From the NCBI GenBank assembly GCA_965197745.1, contig CBDANS010000005.1, forward strand, positions 192,001 to 256,000: a stretch of 64,000 bases of DNA. The letters are read 5' to 3'. Each line of letters begins with the position of its first letter. Position 1 is the first letter of the stretch. Positions 62,796 through 64,000 of this stretch are shown here, piece after piece. Position numbers and translations under genes: made by a program. A model generated the notes under the pieces. It worked only from the letters and a program-made list of their open reading frames with translations, was not told the origin of the DNA and did no database searches. The DNA comes from Opitutales bacterium. Its GTDB lineage: Bacteria; Verrucomicrobiota; Verrucomicrobiia; Opitutales; PNEW01.

Positions 62796-63567
62796 CGTCA
62801 ATTAATATTAGCTCTCTAGTTTTAATAGCCTTAATTTTCAATTTCAACTCCTTATTTATAATTGAATTAATACTATATACTTTGTTCCCCATCAATAGTT
62901 TACTGTTATTTCCTGAGATTCTGATCCCCCGAATTTGCAACTGATCTACATAGGCTATACTCACTGGATTAGGGCCATTGATCATCCCTTCTGCTGAAGA
63001 ATGAGTTGACGCGTTATGCGAAGTTAAGGCCTCCTGAGAAGGAGTCTGTGTATGTGGCGCCCCAGGAGAAGCGGGAACAGACTGGGTGCTGGAGGTATTA
63101 GCATTTTCTGCTATAGATGAGGGATCGGCGATGGATGGAGAACGGGTAAGGGTTTCAGGCGCTTGCTGGCTGTCTTTATTGTCATGAAGCGACTTAAAAC
63201 TGATAGCAGGAAGATTATTTCCCCCGGCTCCAATGGAAGGAGGGGTCAGCGCATTTGCGGTCTCATTAGTGGAGCCCGACTGCGTTGATGAAGCATCTAT
63301 ATCCTGAGGTTGTGGGACCACGACAACCTGTCCTCCTGTGGAATTTCTATCTATTATACTGATGACAAGAAATGCCACTAAAGCCGCGATGATAATAGTA
63401 AATATCATGACTCCCATGAGCACTTTAAATAAATCGGGTTGCCCTGAAGGAGTTGGTGTTAGTGTTGAGGACGGCGAACCCGGTGACGGGGGCGCGGTTG
63501 CAGAAGATACCTTACCTTCGGTTTGCACCTGCTGTGCCTTTTTAAGGGCTTCATTAATAAGGCTCAT
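62764..63567 (-). CDS. GspB/ExeB-like protein
   Basis: MSLINEALKKAQ start (ATGA overlap with upstream ATPase), TM, low-complexity linker, small C-terminal domain. Confidence 0.7.
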   Translation of the reverse strand: MSLINEALKKAQQVQTEGKVSSATAPPSPGSPSSTLTPTPSGQPDLFKVLMGVMIFTIIIAALVAFLVISIIDRNSTGGQVVVVPQPQDIDASSTQSGSTNETANALTPPSIGAGGNNLPAISFKSLHDNKDSQQAPETLTRSPSIADPSSIAENANTSSTQSVPASPGAPHTQTPSQEALTSHNASTHSSAEGMINGPNPVSIAYVDQLQIRGIRISGNNSKLLMGNKVYSINSIINKELKLKIKAIKTRELILIDDAGYTYTKQF

Positions 63568-64000
63568 TTTATTCGCAACTCCTTTATAGCCCGACGAACA
63601 TCCCAATAAGTTACATCATCTGATGATCTAATATAGGAAGATAGAAGCGATTTGTCACATATATTATTAACCATCCTGGGAATACCCCGACTTGCGTTGT
63701 ATATTTTTTTTAAAGCTGAATTCGTAAAGCGCGGGCGTCCTTCACTTCCCGCGAGAGTTAAGCGATGATGAATGTAGCGCTGGGTATCATCAAAATTGAG
63801 TGGGTTGAGTTCATAGTAGACAAGTATACGCTGCCTAAGCTGTCGCAATCGGTTTTGCGTTAGTTTAGCTTTTAATTCGGGTTGACCCAACATAATGATT
63901 TGCAGGAGCTTTTGTTTATCTGTCTCAAGATTGGAAAGCAGGCGTAAATGCTCCATCGTTTCAAAAGCTAAATTTTGAGATTCATCGATAATGAGCACGA
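63564..64000 (-). CDS. ExeA/GspA-family AAA ATPase, C-terminal part (5' truncated by window edge)
   Basis: IIDESQNL..E.LRLLSNLET, GQPEL, QLRQRI and GIPR..N.ICD. Confidence 0.92.
   Translation of the reverse strand, partial: VLIIDESQNLAFETMEHLRLLSNLETDKQKLLQIIMLGQPELKAKLTQNRLRQLRQRILVYYELNPLNFDDTQRYIHHRLTLAGSEGRPRFTNSALKKIYNASRGIPRMVNNICDKSLLSSYIRSSDDVTYWDVRRAIKELRIK

Noticed and set aside
447..63589. Numerous 60-150-aa ORFs antisense to or nested in called genes and IS elements
   Set aside because: Shadow frames without motifs, fully overlapping better-supported genes
1..64000. CRISPR array, cas genes, reverse transcriptase, rRNA
   Set aside because: No regularly spaced identical repeats with unique spacers, and no Cas, RT or rRNA signatures were seen

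Overview
Bacterial chromosome segment, most likely Verrucomicrobiota (Opitutales-like). This assignment is inferred from a PVC-type small basic protein, A|F-cleavage pseudopilins and an Opitutae-like secreted-protein tail. Left flank (1-18.5 kb): pgpA, aroQ, an SxtI/K/J-like carbamoyltransferase cluster with an SGNH hydrolase, a papain-like peptidase, a type III PKS trio, an SSS transporter with a creatininase, and a duplicated pilin module. Middle (18557-43954): a ~25.4 kb island integrated in the 3' end of tRNA-Tyr(GUA), bounded by 35-bp att repeats. It carries an apparently intact tyrosine integrase, a decayed phage-satellite-like core (AlpA-like, prim-pol, terminase remnants, two serine recombinases, a triplicated small gene), four defective IS3-family elements and assorted cargo. 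Right flank: tRNA-Thr, tRNA-Gln and mostly housekeeping genes (TetR, ACT, an eroded adenylate cyclase, LMF, menG, ClpX-like, HU, hisS, def, an ExbB/ExbD-like pair, ExeA/ExeB-like genes). The most unusual signal is a family of 32-43 nt GCGAAGC mini-hairpin inserts. These sit at the same G^AAT-like position in the DDE core of different IS3 transposases and in the T-loop of a duplicated tRNA-Gln 3' end. All calls are from reading the sequence by eye; no database searches were run.
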